From Alphaproteobacteria bacterium (GTDB taxonomy: Bacteria; Pseudomonadota; Alphaproteobacteria; SP197): a DNA stretch of 64,000 nt. A model generated the notes under the pieces. That model did no database searches. It worked only from the letters and a program-made list of their open reading frames with translations, and was not told where the DNA came from. The stretch's first letter is position 1. Each line of letters opens with the position of its first letter. Location: NCBI GenBank assembly GCA_965228895.1, contig OZ245842.1, forward strand, positions 3,584,001 through 3,648,000, in the 5' to 3' direction. Of this stretch, positions 40,099-49,385 are shown one piece after another. The translations under genes and the position numbers were made by a program.

Positions 40099-40838
40099 AC
40101 ACGAACCTGCCGGTCGCGGTGATCACCGGCGTCGGCGACGCAACCGGTTCAGCGCTCGCCCGCCGTTTCGCCGCCGGCGGCTACCGGGTCGCGATGATCG
40201 CCCGCAACGCCGAACGGTTGGAAAAGCTGGAGGACGAGATCGAGGGCGCCGTCGCGTTCCCTTGCGACATCGGCGATCTCGACGGACTTGCCGAGACGCT
40301 CGCGGAGATCCGCGACACCATGGGCAAACCGGTGGCGCTGGTCCACAACGCCGTCTCCCACACCTTTGCCACCTTCCTGGATGCCGATCCCGCCGAGCTG
40401 GAACAGAACTTCCGCGTCAACACGACCGCCCTGCTCCATCTGGCGCGCGACTTCGCGCCGGACATGATCGAAGCCGGGCGCGGCGCGATCATGGTCACCG
40501 GCAACACCGCGTCGCATCGCGGCGTGCCGAACTACGCGCTCTTCGCGCCGACCAAGGCGGCCCAGCGCATCCTGGCGGAGTCGCTCGCCCGTGACCTCGG
40601 GCCCAAGGGCATCCACGTCGGCTACATCACGATCGACGCGGCGATCGATGTCACCTGGCTCGATCCCGAAAAAGACAACGCCACCTGGCTCGCACCGCCG
40701 GACGATTGGCCGTGGCCGCGCGAGGACTACTTCGCCAAGCCCGACGCGATCGCCGAGGAGGTCTTCCACATGGCGCATCAGGACCCGTCGACCTGGGCGT
40801 TCGATCTCGTCATCCGGCCGTTCGCCGAGAAATGGTGA
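40095..40838 (+). CDS. SDR family oxidoreductase (atypical, FAPTK at the YxxxK position)
   Basis: ITGVGDATG, VHNA, FAPTKAAQR, GIHV..IDAAID; RBS AAGGAGG. Confidence 0.88.
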   Translation: MNTNLPVAVITGVGDATGSALARRFAAGGYRVAMIARNAERLEKLEDEIEGAVAFPCDIGDLDGLAETLAEIRDTMGKPVALVHNAVSHTFATFLDADPAELEQNFRVNTTALLHLARDFAPDMIEAGRGAIMVTGNTASHRGVPNYALFAPTKAAQRILAESLARDLGPKGIHVGYITIDAAIDVTWLDPEKDNATWLAPPDDWPWPREDYFAKPDAIAEEVFHMAHQDPSTWAFDLVIRPFAEKW

Positions 40839-40860
40839 CGGCCCGGCCAAGGAGAGACCC

Positions 40861-41607
40861 ATGCTGCAACCGTCACTCACCCCCCTGCTGGTCGCGATCC
40901 AGCTCGGTTTCCTGTTTGTCCTGGCGCGGCGCTCCGGCGGCACGGACGGCGACAAAGGCGCGACGCCCGCGATCTATGTCTACCTCGTGTGGCTTTTCGC
41001 CTACGCGGTCGCGACAAGCTATATGGGCGCGCGCGGTCTCTACATCGACCCCGATGTGCTCGCCTCAATGGCGGGCCTGTGGCTGCAGCTCATCACCGTC
41101 GCCGTGGCGGTCGTTCCGGTGGTCATCTTCGCAGGCGTGCGCGACCGACTTCGGCGCATGGTTGATATGACGCCGCTGCATTGGTTCGCCTGGTTCAACG
41201 CGCTGCGGATCAGCGCGCTGGGCACCGCCTACAAAACCTCAATCGGCGAATTTCCGTTGTATTTCGAGGTGTTGGTCGGCATACCCGATCTCCTGTTCGG
41301 GCTCTCGGCGCTGTGGATTGCCTGGCGCGCCAAACGCGGCCTGATCAGCCTACGCGGCTTCATGATCTGGAACCTGATCGGCGCCCTTGTCATCGTGCCT
41401 TCGGCACCCATCTTAATCCAGCTTGGCCTGCCCGGACCGCTTCAGGTGTTCAGCGGTCTGCCCGATGCGCGCGCCATCATGACCTATCCGATGTCGATCG
41501 CGCCAATGTTCGGCGTGCCGCTGTTCGTCCTGATCAACCTCCTGGTCGCCTGGCGTTTATGGGAACGCCTGCGCGCCACAACCGCCGAATCAAACGCACT
41601 GTCTTGA
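40861..41607 (+). CDS. Polytopic membrane protein of unknown function
   Basis: About 7 hydrophobic segments; ALRI, GIPDLLFG and WNLIG segments; RBS AAGGAG. Confidence 0.8.
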   Translation: MLQPSLTPLLVAIQLGFLFVLARRSGGTDGDKGATPAIYVYLVWLFAYAVATSYMGARGLYIDPDVLASMAGLWLQLITVAVAVVPVVIFAGVRDRLRRMVDMTPLHWFAWFNALRISALGTAYKTSIGEFPLYFEVLVGIPDLLFGLSALWIAWRAKRGLISLRGFMIWNLIGALVIVPSAPILIQLGLPGPLQVFSGLPDARAIMTYPMSIAPMFGVPLFVLINLLVAWRLWERLRATTAESNALS

Positions 41608-41659
41608 CCATCCGCAGCCGCCGCCTGACACGCGGTCAACAGCAAGAAAGGAACCCGTC

Positions 41660-42742
41660 ATGAGCGACGCAAGCACACTGGCCGTCGACAACACCGCCGC
41701 CGAAGCCTTCTCCGAACGGCTCGGCGACATCCTGAACAGCAGCGCCATCGCGCTGATGTTGTCGATCGGCCATCGCACCGGTTTGTTCGACGTCATGAAG
41801 GACCTGCCGCCCGGTACGTCCGACGAGATCGCAGCAGCAGCCGAGCTGGACGAGCGTTATGTCCGCGAGTGGCTGGCCGCCATGGTGACCGGCGGCGTCG
41901 TCCATTATGACGGCGCGGCCAAGACCTACTGGCTGCCGGATGAGCACACGGCATCACTCACCCGTGGCGCGGAACTCGGCAATCTCGCTGTCTATGCCCA
42001 GTTGATACCGATGGCCGGCGCAGTCCAGGAGCGGCTGCTCGACCGCTTTCAGAACGGCGGCGGCCTCAGCTATCGCGACTATCCGTGCTTCCACACCATC
42101 ATGGCCGAAGACAGCGGCCAAACTGTCGTCGATCAGCTGTTCGAGACTGTCTTGCCCCTGGCGCCGGAACTGCCGGCCAAGCTCGAACACGGCATCGACG
42201 TGCTCGACGCCGGCTGTGGGTCCGGACGGGCGCTGGTGGCGATGGCCGGGCGTTATCCCAAGAGTCGCTTCACAGGCTACGATTTGGAAGCCGACGCCAT
42301 CGACAAGGCCATAGCGGCGGCCAACGAAGCCGGTCTGACCAACATCCGTTTCGAAACCCGCGACCTCACCGGCTTCGACGAGTTCGAGCGCTACGATCTC
42401 GTCACGTCGTTCGACGCCATCCACGATCAGATGAATCCGCAGGGTGTCCTGCAACGGCTTTGGATCGCGCTTCGTCCCGGCGGCCTGCACCTGATGCAGG
42501 ATGTCGGCGGTTCCGCCGAGCTCGACAACAACCGCGACTTCCCGCTCGCGGCCTTCCTTTACACCGTCTCCTGCGTCCACTGCATGCCGGTCTCGCTCGG
42601 CCAGGGCGGCGCGGGCCTCGGCACCATGTGGGGCTGGGAAACGGCCGAAGCGATGCTGCGCCACGCCGGCTTCACTTCGGTCGAGCGTACGGTCCTCGAA
42701 CACGACCCCATGAACGTCTGGTTCGTGTCACGCAAGGCGTGA
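41660..42742 (+). CDS. Class I SAM-dependent methyltransferase with N-terminal winged helix (Rv2258c-like)
   Basis: IGHRTGLF, ERYVREWL, VLDAGCGSG, FDAIHD, SCVHCMPVSL, GLGTMWG. Confidence 0.9.
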   Translation: MSDASTLAVDNTAAEAFSERLGDILNSSAIALMLSIGHRTGLFDVMKDLPPGTSDEIAAAAELDERYVREWLAAMVTGGVVHYDGAAKTYWLPDEHTASLTRGAELGNLAVYAQLIPMAGAVQERLLDRFQNGGGLSYRDYPCFHTIMAEDSGQTVVDQLFETVLPLAPELPAKLEHGIDVLDAGCGSGRALVAMAGRYPKSRFTGYDLEADAIDKAIAAANEAGLTNIRFETRDLTGFDEFERYDLVTSFDAIHDQMNPQGVLQRLWIALRPGGLHLMQDVGGSAELDNNRDFPLAAFLYTVSCVHCMPVSLGQGGAGLGTMWGWETAEAMLRHAGFTSVERTVLEHDPMNVWFVSRKA

Positions 42743-42751
42743 TCGTGGCAC

Positions 42752-42793
42752 AAAAGGACGCGTGCCATACACCGACCAGGCGCGCGTCCTTTT
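42752..42793. terminator. Bidirectional intrinsic terminator
   Basis: AAAAGGACGCGTGCC...GGCGCGCGTCCTTTT stem with A/T tracts between convergent genes. Confidence 0.75.
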
Positions 42794-42796
42794 CTC

Positions 42797-43243
42797 TTAG
42801 AGCACGTCGTCCAGCAAACCGAACATCGACGCCCACTCGTTCTTGGTGAAGTCGACATACTTCGCCCAATAGGGGTGCAGGTCGTGAGTCAAGACCAGAC
42901 GCGTACCGCCGTTCTCGGGCGTCATTTCCGCCGTCAGGATGTCGGGCGCATCCGGTTCTTCGGCCGTCCAGAAACGGAAGACAAGGCGGTGCGGCCGGTC
43001 GATTTCCAGGAACGTGCCCTGATGCTCGACCGGCTTGCCGCCGCGCTGGTCGACGAAGACGAAGGCCCCGCCGACGCGCGCATCGATCTCGACGCGGCTG
43101 ATTTCGCTGCCCGGCGAGGTGAAGAGCCAGCGGCGCGCGACGTCGGGATCAAGCCATGCGTCGAACACCTGCTCCGGTGCTGCGTCGAAATGGCGTTCGA
43201 CGGTAACCCGCACGATCTCGTCATTTGTCATCGCCTCTTCCAT
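42797..43243 (-). CDS. SRPBCC/AHSA1 domain protein
   Basis: ERHFDAAPEQVFDAW, DARVGG, GTFLEIDRPHRLVF, GGTRLVLTH. Confidence 0.9.
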   Translation of the reverse strand: MEEAMTNDEIVRVTVERHFDAAPEQVFDAWLDPDVARRWLFTSPGSEISRVEIDARVGGAFVFVDQRGGKPVEHQGTFLEIDRPHRLVFRFWTAEEPDAPDILTAEMTPENGGTRLVLTHDLHPYWAKYVDFTKNEWASMFGLLDDVL

Positions 43244-43764
43244 CAGTTCCCCTCCGTGCGCAGATAACCCGCAAGCTGATCCAGACCCTTGGCCCAGTGC
43301 GCGGCGTAACCGGTTTCATCGGCAGCGCTGGCAGCCTCAGCGGTCTTGAAGCGGGTCTCCACGGTCAGCCTTGTACGATCACCTTCCTCAGCAAACGTCA
43401 CGATCACCTGGGCGCCAGGCGGCATCCCCGCGCCACCGGCGTTGCGGCCATCGGGCGTGCCGTCATAGACGATCCGCTCGGGCCGGATGATCTCGCGGAA
43501 GGTGGCGCTGCAGCGATAGTCGACGCCATCCGGCGAGCGCACGACATGATGAAAGGCGCCACCGACGCGCAGATCGATCGTCGTCTCACCGACCGACCAT
43601 CCAGCCGGAAACCACCATCCGGCCAGGTGTGCCGTCTCGGTCCAGGCGCGCCAGACAAGATCGCGCGGCGCATCGAGCAGTCTGGTGACAACGACCTCTC
43701 GTCGGTCCGCTGATGCGACATCGCCGGGCACATGATCACTCGAAGGCACCGTCACAAACCTCAC
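43243..43764 (-). CDS. SRPBCC/AHSA1 domain protein
   Basis: TRLLDAPRDLVWRAWT, DLRVGG, FREIIRPERIV; start uncertain. Confidence 0.88.
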   Translation of the reverse strand: MRFVTVPSSDHVPGDVASADRREVVVTRLLDAPRDLVWRAWTETAHLAGWWFPAGWSVGETTIDLRVGGAFHHVVRSPDGVDYRCSATFREIIRPERIVYDGTPDGRNAGGAGMPPGAQVIVTFAEEGDRTRLTVETRFKTAEAASAADETGYAAHWAKGLDQLAGYLRTEGN

Positions 43765-44499
43765 TCAAGCGCCGCAGCAGGCGTTCCCGGCCGCCGGCGC
43801 GTCGTCGTATTCGTCCTTCAGCCGGACCCAGCTCATGCTGCCCTCTTCGTTTCGGCCCTTCGGCGCGTAATCCAGGAAGTTGAACGGCGTGAAGAGGTTT
43901 TCGGTACCGCGTGTGAAGCCACCATAGGTATGAAAGACGTCGCCGCACGCGTCCTTGGCGAAGATGTTGATCGCCGGCAGGTCCGCCGCGACGTACGGCG
44001 TCGTGCCGTAGTTGTAGCCGCCTTCGCCGGCGGCGATCTGTTCCGGTGTGAACGACGAACCGTAGTCGTAGTTGAAGCTGTTGCGCCCCGACGACACCCA
44101 TCGGAACATCCAGCCCATGCGCTGCCTGACCCGCTCGATCTCGTCGATCGAGGCGCGCGACACCGCCACATAGGAAAGATCGGCATGCTCAAAATGCCGG
44201 CGCGCCGCATCCACATGATCGGACATGCCCGAACATCCCGGGCAGACATGGTCGGAGCCCGGCGCCAGCATGAAGTGCTGGACAAAGAGCTGGCTACGGC
44301 CGTCGAACAGATCGCTAAGCGTTTTCTCGCCGTCCGTACCGTCGAAGACATAGGGTGTCTCGACCTTGACCCAGGGCAAGGCGCGGCGCTCTTCATTGAC
44401 GGCATCGCGCAGATGGGTGACCTCGCGCTCCTTGGCCAAGAGCGCCTTGCGCGCCAGGAGCCATTCGTCGCGGGAGACGATCGTGGGTTCGATTCTCAT
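43765..44499 (-). CDS. DUF899 thioredoxin-like family protein
   Basis: SRDEWLLARKALLAKE, RRALPWV, LFDGRSQL, CPGCS, VSRA, FNYDY, PKGRNE. Confidence 0.92.
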   Translation of the reverse strand: MRIEPTIVSRDEWLLARKALLAKEREVTHLRDAVNEERRALPWVKVETPYVFDGTDGEKTLSDLFDGRSQLFVQHFMLAPGSDHVCPGCSGMSDHVDAARRHFEHADLSYVAVSRASIDEIERVRQRMGWMFRWVSSGRNSFNYDYGSSFTPEQIAAGEGGYNYGTTPYVAADLPAINIFAKDACGDVFHTYGGFTRGTENLFTPFNFLDYAPKGRNEEGSMSWVRLKDEYDDAPAAGNACCGA

Positions 44500-44840
44500 C
44501 GTTTCTTCTCCTTGGCTTTGAGTTCGACCAGGTAGGCCTCCAGGCGATCGAGGCGGCCTTCCCAGATCGCGCGCTGTTCGGCGATCCACGCTTCGGCGGC
44601 GGTCAGGCTCTTCGGCGTCATCTGACACGTGCGAACACGCCCTGTCTTTTTGGATTCGATCAGGCCGCTGTCCTCCAGCACCTTCAGGTGCTGCAGAAAG
44701 GACGGTAGCGCCATTTCGAACGGCTGGGCGAGATCGCTGACCGAGGCCGGACCACGGCTCAATTGGGTGAGCACGGCGCGCCGGGTCGGATCGGCGAGCG
44801 CGTGAAAGACGTCATCGAGGACTTCAATTTGGTTAGGCAT
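44496..44840 (-). CDS. ArsR/SmtB family transcriptional regulator
   Basis: FHALADPTRRA, QHLKVLE..GLI..K.GRVR, WEGRLDRLE. Confidence 0.93.
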   Translation of the reverse strand: MPNQIEVLDDVFHALADPTRRAVLTQLSRGPASVSDLAQPFEMALPSFLQHLKVLEDSGLIESKKTGRVRTCQMTPKSLTAAEAWIAEQRAIWEGRLDRLEAYLVELKAKEKKR

Positions 44841-44900
44841 ATGCCTAACTTATTGTCGTCGCCATCAGGGCGCAAGAAAAAAGTTTGGCAGTTACCTAAC
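44832..44900. promoter_or_regulatory. Putative ArsR operators: perfect palindrome GTTAGGCATATGCCTAAC (44832-44849) and degenerate copy (44883-44900)
   Basis: 18-bp palindrome overlapping the arsR start codon; second site matches 14/18. Confidence 0.7.
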
Positions 44901-45839
44901 TTTTCCGGAAACGCCGCTCGCCGACCCGGGCGCTGCCACGCCGGGCATGGCAGCGATGGCGTTGCTGACGTGCTCGACGAAGAGCCTCAGCCGTTTTGTC
45001 TGACGCCGTGCCGGCAGATAGGCGGCGTTGATGGTCAGCGACGGCGCACGCCAGCGTGGCAGAACGTCGACCAGTCTGTCGGCAGCCAGATCGTCGGCAA
45101 CGAACCAGCGCGGCATGACCGCGTAGCCGATGCCAAGGCAAGCCGCCTTGTGGGCGACAAAGATGTTGTTGGTGGTCAACGCGACCTGAGCCCTCACCGT
45201 CTGGCGCCGGCCGTTCTTGGACTCAAGGGGAATGGCGCCGCCCTCGAACGGCTCCAGGGCAGCGCACGGCAGGTCGGCAACGTCGCCAGGCTGCTTCATG
45301 CGATGTCCTTTGAGAAGTTTCGGCGCGGCGACGACAAGCCGCTCGACCGACCCGAGCTGACGGACAACAAGACTGTCATCGGGCACCCGTCCGACCTTGA
45401 TCCAGAGATCGCACCCTATCTCGGCAAAGCGGATCGGCGCGTCGTCAAGCAACCATGTGATGGTCACCGAAGGATGAGCGGCCTGGAAGCGCATGGCCGC
45501 CTCGGCCAGGTCACGCTGACCCAGGGCGACCGGCGCGACGATCTTCAGCTTGCCGTGAACATCGGTCGTTTCGCCCGCATGGCGTTCGGCCAGCGATTCC
45601 CAACTATCCAGCAGGGCCCGCGCCTCGCCCAGGCAATCGTTGCCGGCTTCGGTCAGGCTCAACGCGTGGGTCGTGCGCTGGATCAACTGGACACCCAGGC
45701 GCCCTTCCAGGTCAGCCAGTTGGCGGCTCGCACTCGCCTGCGACATGCCGAGATCGCGCGCCGCAGCACTGATCGAGCCGCGTTCGGCAATACGCGCGAA
45801 CGTGGCCAGCAAGGTCAGGCGATCAGCAGATCGTGTCAT
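44892..45839 (-). CDS. LysR family transcriptional regulator
   Basis: GSISAAARDLGMSQASASRQLADLE...LIQRTTH HTH; substrate-binding domain. Confidence 0.94.
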   Translation of the reverse strand: MTRSADRLTLLATFARIAERGSISAAARDLGMSQASASRQLADLEGRLGVQLIQRTTHALSLTEAGNDCLGEARALLDSWESLAERHAGETTDVHGKLKIVAPVALGQRDLAEAAMRFQAAHPSVTITWLLDDAPIRFAEIGCDLWIKVGRVPDDSLVVRQLGSVERLVVAAPKLLKGHRMKQPGDVADLPCAALEPFEGGAIPLESKNGRRQTVRAQVALTTNNIFVAHKAACLGIGYAVMPRWFVADDLAADRLVDVLPRWRAPSLTINAAYLPARRQTKRLRLFVEHVSNAIAAMPGVAAPGSASGVSGKVR

Positions 45840-45855
45840 ACGTTATACGTATAAC
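45838..45855. promoter_or_regulatory. Putative LysR binding site (T-N11-A within ATACG-N5-CGTAT / GTTATACGTATAAC)
   Basis: Dyad in the divergent lysR/AKR intergenic region, overlapping the lysR start. Confidence 0.55.
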
Positions 45856-45949
45856 AACTATCACTATCGACCGTCTACCGTATCATTGTGCATCGATCCA
45901 TCTTGTCTCTCATCGGCGGCAAAGGCCGCACCAACCAACGGAGAGAGAC

Positions 45950-46744
45950 ATGACCAAGACAGCCCACACGTTCCCCTTGGGTGGCGAGACCGACGTCAAC
46001 CGCTTGGGCTACGGCGCAATGCGCCTGACCGGCCAGCCGGGCAACTTCGGCCCCTACCCAGACTGGGACCAGGGCGTGGCGCTCGTGCGCCGCGCCGCAG
46101 ACCTGGGCGTTGACTTCTTCGACAGCGCCTGGGCCTATGGCCCCGAATATGCTGACCGGCTGGTCGGTGACGCGCTTGACGGTCTCGATGTCGTGCGCGC
46201 CACCAAAGGCGGTGTCGACAAACCGCAGGCCGGCAACATCGTCACCGACGGTTCGCGCGAGACGCTGCTTCGCCAGATCGATCAAGCGCTGGTCAATCTC
46301 AAGACCGACAGGATCGATCTCTTCCAACTGCACCGCGTTGATCCGGCAACGCCGATCGAAGTGTCAGTGAGCGCCTTGGCCGAAGCCCAGGCCGATGGGC
46401 GGATCCGCCATATTGGCTTGTCCAACATCACCCGCGACGATCTTGATCGTGCGCTGTCGGTCGCACCCATCGCAAGCGTGCAGAACCGGTTCAACATGGC
46501 CGAGACGGCAGATGCCACCCTGGTCGATGCTACCGCTGCCAAGGGCATCGCGTTCATCCCCTATGGCCCGCTTGGCGCCAACCCGATGCGCCAGGGCGCC
46601 AAACTCGCGCCGCGCGAGGCGCTCGCCTGGCTGCTGCGCCGTTCGCCCAACATCATCGTCATCCCCGGGACGACGTCGGTCGAACACCTGGAAGAAAACA
46701 TGCGCGCCTGGGATCTCGTCGACCAGGCCGATGCGGAGGCTTGA
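45950..46744 (+). CDS. Aldo/keto reductase
   Basis: RLGYGAMRL, FDSAWAYG, ATKGG, IDLFQLHRVD, IGLSN, IPGT. Confidence 0.92.
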   Translation: MTKTAHTFPLGGETDVNRLGYGAMRLTGQPGNFGPYPDWDQGVALVRRAADLGVDFFDSAWAYGPEYADRLVGDALDGLDVVRATKGGVDKPQAGNIVTDGSRETLLRQIDQALVNLKTDRIDLFQLHRVDPATPIEVSVSALAEAQADGRIRHIGLSNITRDDLDRALSVAPIASVQNRFNMAETADATLVDATAAKGIAFIPYGPLGANPMRQGAKLAPREALAWLLRRSPNIIVIPGTTSVEHLEENMRAWDLVDQADAEA

Positions 46745-46746
46745 TC

Positions 46747-47013
46747 ATGGCCTTCAACCGGCACAAGCAGGCGTTGCTCACCTGGCTCATCGTCTACCCC
46801 ATGATCACGGTCTTGCTGGCAATCCTCGAGCCGGTCGTCGCCGGCCTCGCCCTGCCGCTCAGAACCCTGGTGCTGAGCGTGATCATGGTGCCGGCTCTCG
46901 TCTACCTCGCGCTGCCGGCGGCGTCGGCGCGTCTACATGACTGGCTCACGGCTAGTAGTCACGCGGTGTCTGCCGACACGACACCGCGAACGATCAGGGC
47001 TGCGAGGCCGTAG
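46747..47013 (+). CDS. Small membrane protein (2 TM)
   Basis: KQALLTWLIVYP motif; RBS GGAGG; 3' end overlaps the convergent gene by 55 nt. Confidence 0.65.
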   Translation: MAFNRHKQALLTWLIVYPMITVLLAILEPVVAGLALPLRTLVLSVIMVPALVYLALPAASARLHDWLTASSHAVSADTTPRTIRAARP

Positions 47014-49385
47014 AGCACGAGCGCGATGATGACGACCACGGCAAACCCCAGATGCATGGCCAGCAGCATGGCGAGCACGGCGCTCACCACCGACGCGCAG
47101 CCGTTGACGCCCCAGGCCCACGGCACCAGGGCGGCATCGGCCCGCCGCACCAGGGTCAGGCCGAGCGGGAACGGCATGCCCATGAAGAAGGCGAGCGGCG
47201 CGATCAGGGTGAGCGCGATCAGGGCGCGCCCCGCGGTACCGAGCCCGGCGAACGTAGTGAACGCAGTCGGCACGGCGATCAGGTAGAGCAGCGCCACCAC
47301 GACGACGGCGGCCACCGCCACGCTGATCGCCGCCGCTGGTGCTCTTTTGCCAAAGCGTGACGTCATCCTCCCCGCTAACCGCTCGGAGACGCCGGCGCCA
47401 CAGCTGGCGAAGACGAGGAAACCGGCGATCACGATCGCGAGCGCATAGGTCGGATGGCCGAGATAGAGAATGAAGGTCTGGATGAACGCAATCTCGACCA
47501 GGAAAAAGGCGAGCCCAATGGCCGTGAAGTAGAGGCCTGTCGTGCGGACCAACACCCGACGCCCCCGCATCAGGCCGCCGAGCCACAGCGGCAGGAGGAT
47601 GAGGACCAGGCTGATGACAATGGCTTGGACGAGTGTGGCGACCAGGATCAGCTTGCCGAGTTCCAGAAGCGCCGCGCCGCCCGATGTCCTGAGCGCCAAA
47701 AGCTCGGGCAGGCTTTGCCAGATCAGGAAGTCGTGGAAATAGGGCCGATCGTCGCGCGCCGGACGGATGTCGAATTTGTAGCGCGCGATGACGTCGTCCC
47801 GCTCGGGCCCGGCGAGCGCCATGGCGGTATCGTGGAACACCGGCTCGGCCAGCACGTTGAAACGGTTGGCCGCCTCGCGCGCCATTCCAGCGTGATAGAC
47901 AAGATCGAAGGAACGGGCCTGGGCGAACGCCGCCGCAGCCGCGATATCGGCAGGCGTCGCGGGGTCGCGCCCGATAAGCAGCGTGGTCGTCGCCAGACCA
48001 CGAATGACGATTACGTGTTCCCCGGCACGGCCCAAACCTGCGTGCTCAAGCACCGTGAGTGCTGTCAGCATCAGCTTGGGCGTCGCGCGCGGCGGCAGGG
48101 TGAAAGGCTGGGTGATGCTGATCCAGCCGCCGGGTTTCAGTTGGCGCAGCATGGACCTGACCGCTTCGACCGTCAGCAGATAGGTCTCGCTCAGCCCGTG
48201 AAGCCCGGCGCTCGATCCGCCACCGCCGTCGACGACAATCACGTCCCACATGGCCTGCGTCGCCGCCAAAAAGCTGCGGGGATTGGCGACATGCACCGCC
48301 ACGTCCTCACGGCCATAGAGCCCTCCGCTGAAGCCGGCATAACGTTCGGCAACGATGGCGGTAATGTCCGCATTGGGTTCGACAGCATCGACATGCCGGG
48401 CATCGTGGGCGAGCGCCTGGGCCACCGACCGGCCGCCGCCGGCGCCAAGCACCAGAACGTCGGGCCGCGCAACGAGGTCGTAGACCAGCGCGCCGGTGGT
48501 AAAACGAAGGTAGCTTGCCGGGTCGTCTCCATCACCGGCATCGAGCATCCTCGCAGCGTCGGCATCGGTGAAGAGGGCGATCTGCTCCGGCGGCGGCGCA
48601 GGTGCATTGAGGCTCAAACCCGGCGCGCTGCGAAACGGTACGTCGGGGCTCTCGACCACCGAGACAAGGCCCAGGGGCCCGAAGCGCTCCTCGACAAGTC
48701 TAGTACCCGCGACGTTCAGCGTCATCGCCAGGCTCTTCTGTTCGGCGATGACCAGCGCCGTCCACGATGGCGGCGCGACAAGCCATATTAACGCGACCGC
48801 GACAGTCACCGTGCCCGTCCACAAAAGGCGGCGACTGCTGCTCAGAGCCGCGAGCACACCGGCGATCAGGCCGAGCGCGGAGACGGCCACGAGATTGCCG
48901 ACCGGTGGCAGCATGGTCAGCAGGCCGACGATACCGAGCGCGCCGGCTGCCGACCCCAGGAGGTTCCAGAAATAGATCCGGCCGACCGGTTGATCACGCC
49001 ACAGAAACGCGACACCGATACAGGTCGCGCCGGCGGTAAACGGCACGGCCAGGATCAGATAGATCGCGCCCAGACCCAATATTTCGGCCGGCTGCCAGAC
49101 CAGTTCGAGCGCGTTGAAGGGGACGCGCTGCGCCAGAAAGAACGCGACCGGACTGGTGACGGCGAACAGCAGTGCGCCGCCCGTTGACACAGCGTCCAAA
49201 CGCGCCTCGACCCTGCGCCGCATGAGCGCGAGCGCGGCGGCGCTGACGCCGAAACCCAGGAGCGCGATGCTGATCGCCATGAAAGCGAAGTGATGCCACT
49301 GGACGATGGCGAAGAGCCGTGTCAGCAACACCTGATACGACAGGATCGCGGCGGAAATGGTCGCCAACGCGACGAAACGGTTCAT
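46959..49385 (-). CDS. Polytopic membrane protein with central spermidine-synthase-like SAM-binding domain
   Basis: N-terminal TM block (LTRLF..HHFAFMAISIALLGFG); VLVLGAGGG, AVEPN, WDVIVVD, ETYLLTVEA; DDRPYF; C-terminal TM block (FFMGMPFP, WAWGVNG..SV). Confidence 0.88.
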   Translation of the reverse strand: MNRFVALATISAAILSYQVLLTRLFAIVQWHHFAFMAISIALLGFGVSAAALALMRRRVEARLDAVSTGGALLFAVTSPVAFFLAQRVPFNALELVWQPAEILGLGAIYLILAVPFTAGATCIGVAFLWRDQPVGRIYFWNLLGSAAGALGIVGLLTMLPPVGNLVAVSALGLIAGVLAALSSSRRLLWTGTVTVAVALIWLVAPPSWTALVIAEQKSLAMTLNVAGTRLVEERFGPLGLVSVVESPDVPFRSAPGLSLNAPAPPPEQIALFTDADAARMLDAGDGDDPASYLRFTTGALVYDLVARPDVLVLGAGGGRSVAQALAHDARHVDAVEPNADITAIVAERYAGFSGGLYGREDVAVHVANPRSFLAATQAMWDVIVVDGGGGSSAGLHGLSETYLLTVEAVRSMLRQLKPGGWISITQPFTLPPRATPKLMLTALTVLEHAGLGRAGEHVIVIRGLATTTLLIGRDPATPADIAAAAAFAQARSFDLVYHAGMAREAANRFNVLAEPVFHDTAMALAGPERDDVIARYKFDIRPARDDRPYFHDFLIWQSLPELLALRTSGGAALLELGKLILVATLVQAIVISLVLILLPLWLGGLMRGRRVLVRTTGLYFTAIGLAFFLVEIAFIQTFILYLGHPTYALAIVIAGFLVFASCGAGVSERLAGRMTSRFGKRAPAAAISVAVAAVVVVALLYLIAVPTAFTTFAGLGTAGRALIALTLIAPLAFFMGMPFPLGLTLVRRADAALVPWAWGVNGCASVVSAVLAMLLAMHLGFAVVVIIALVLYGLAALIVRGVVSADTA

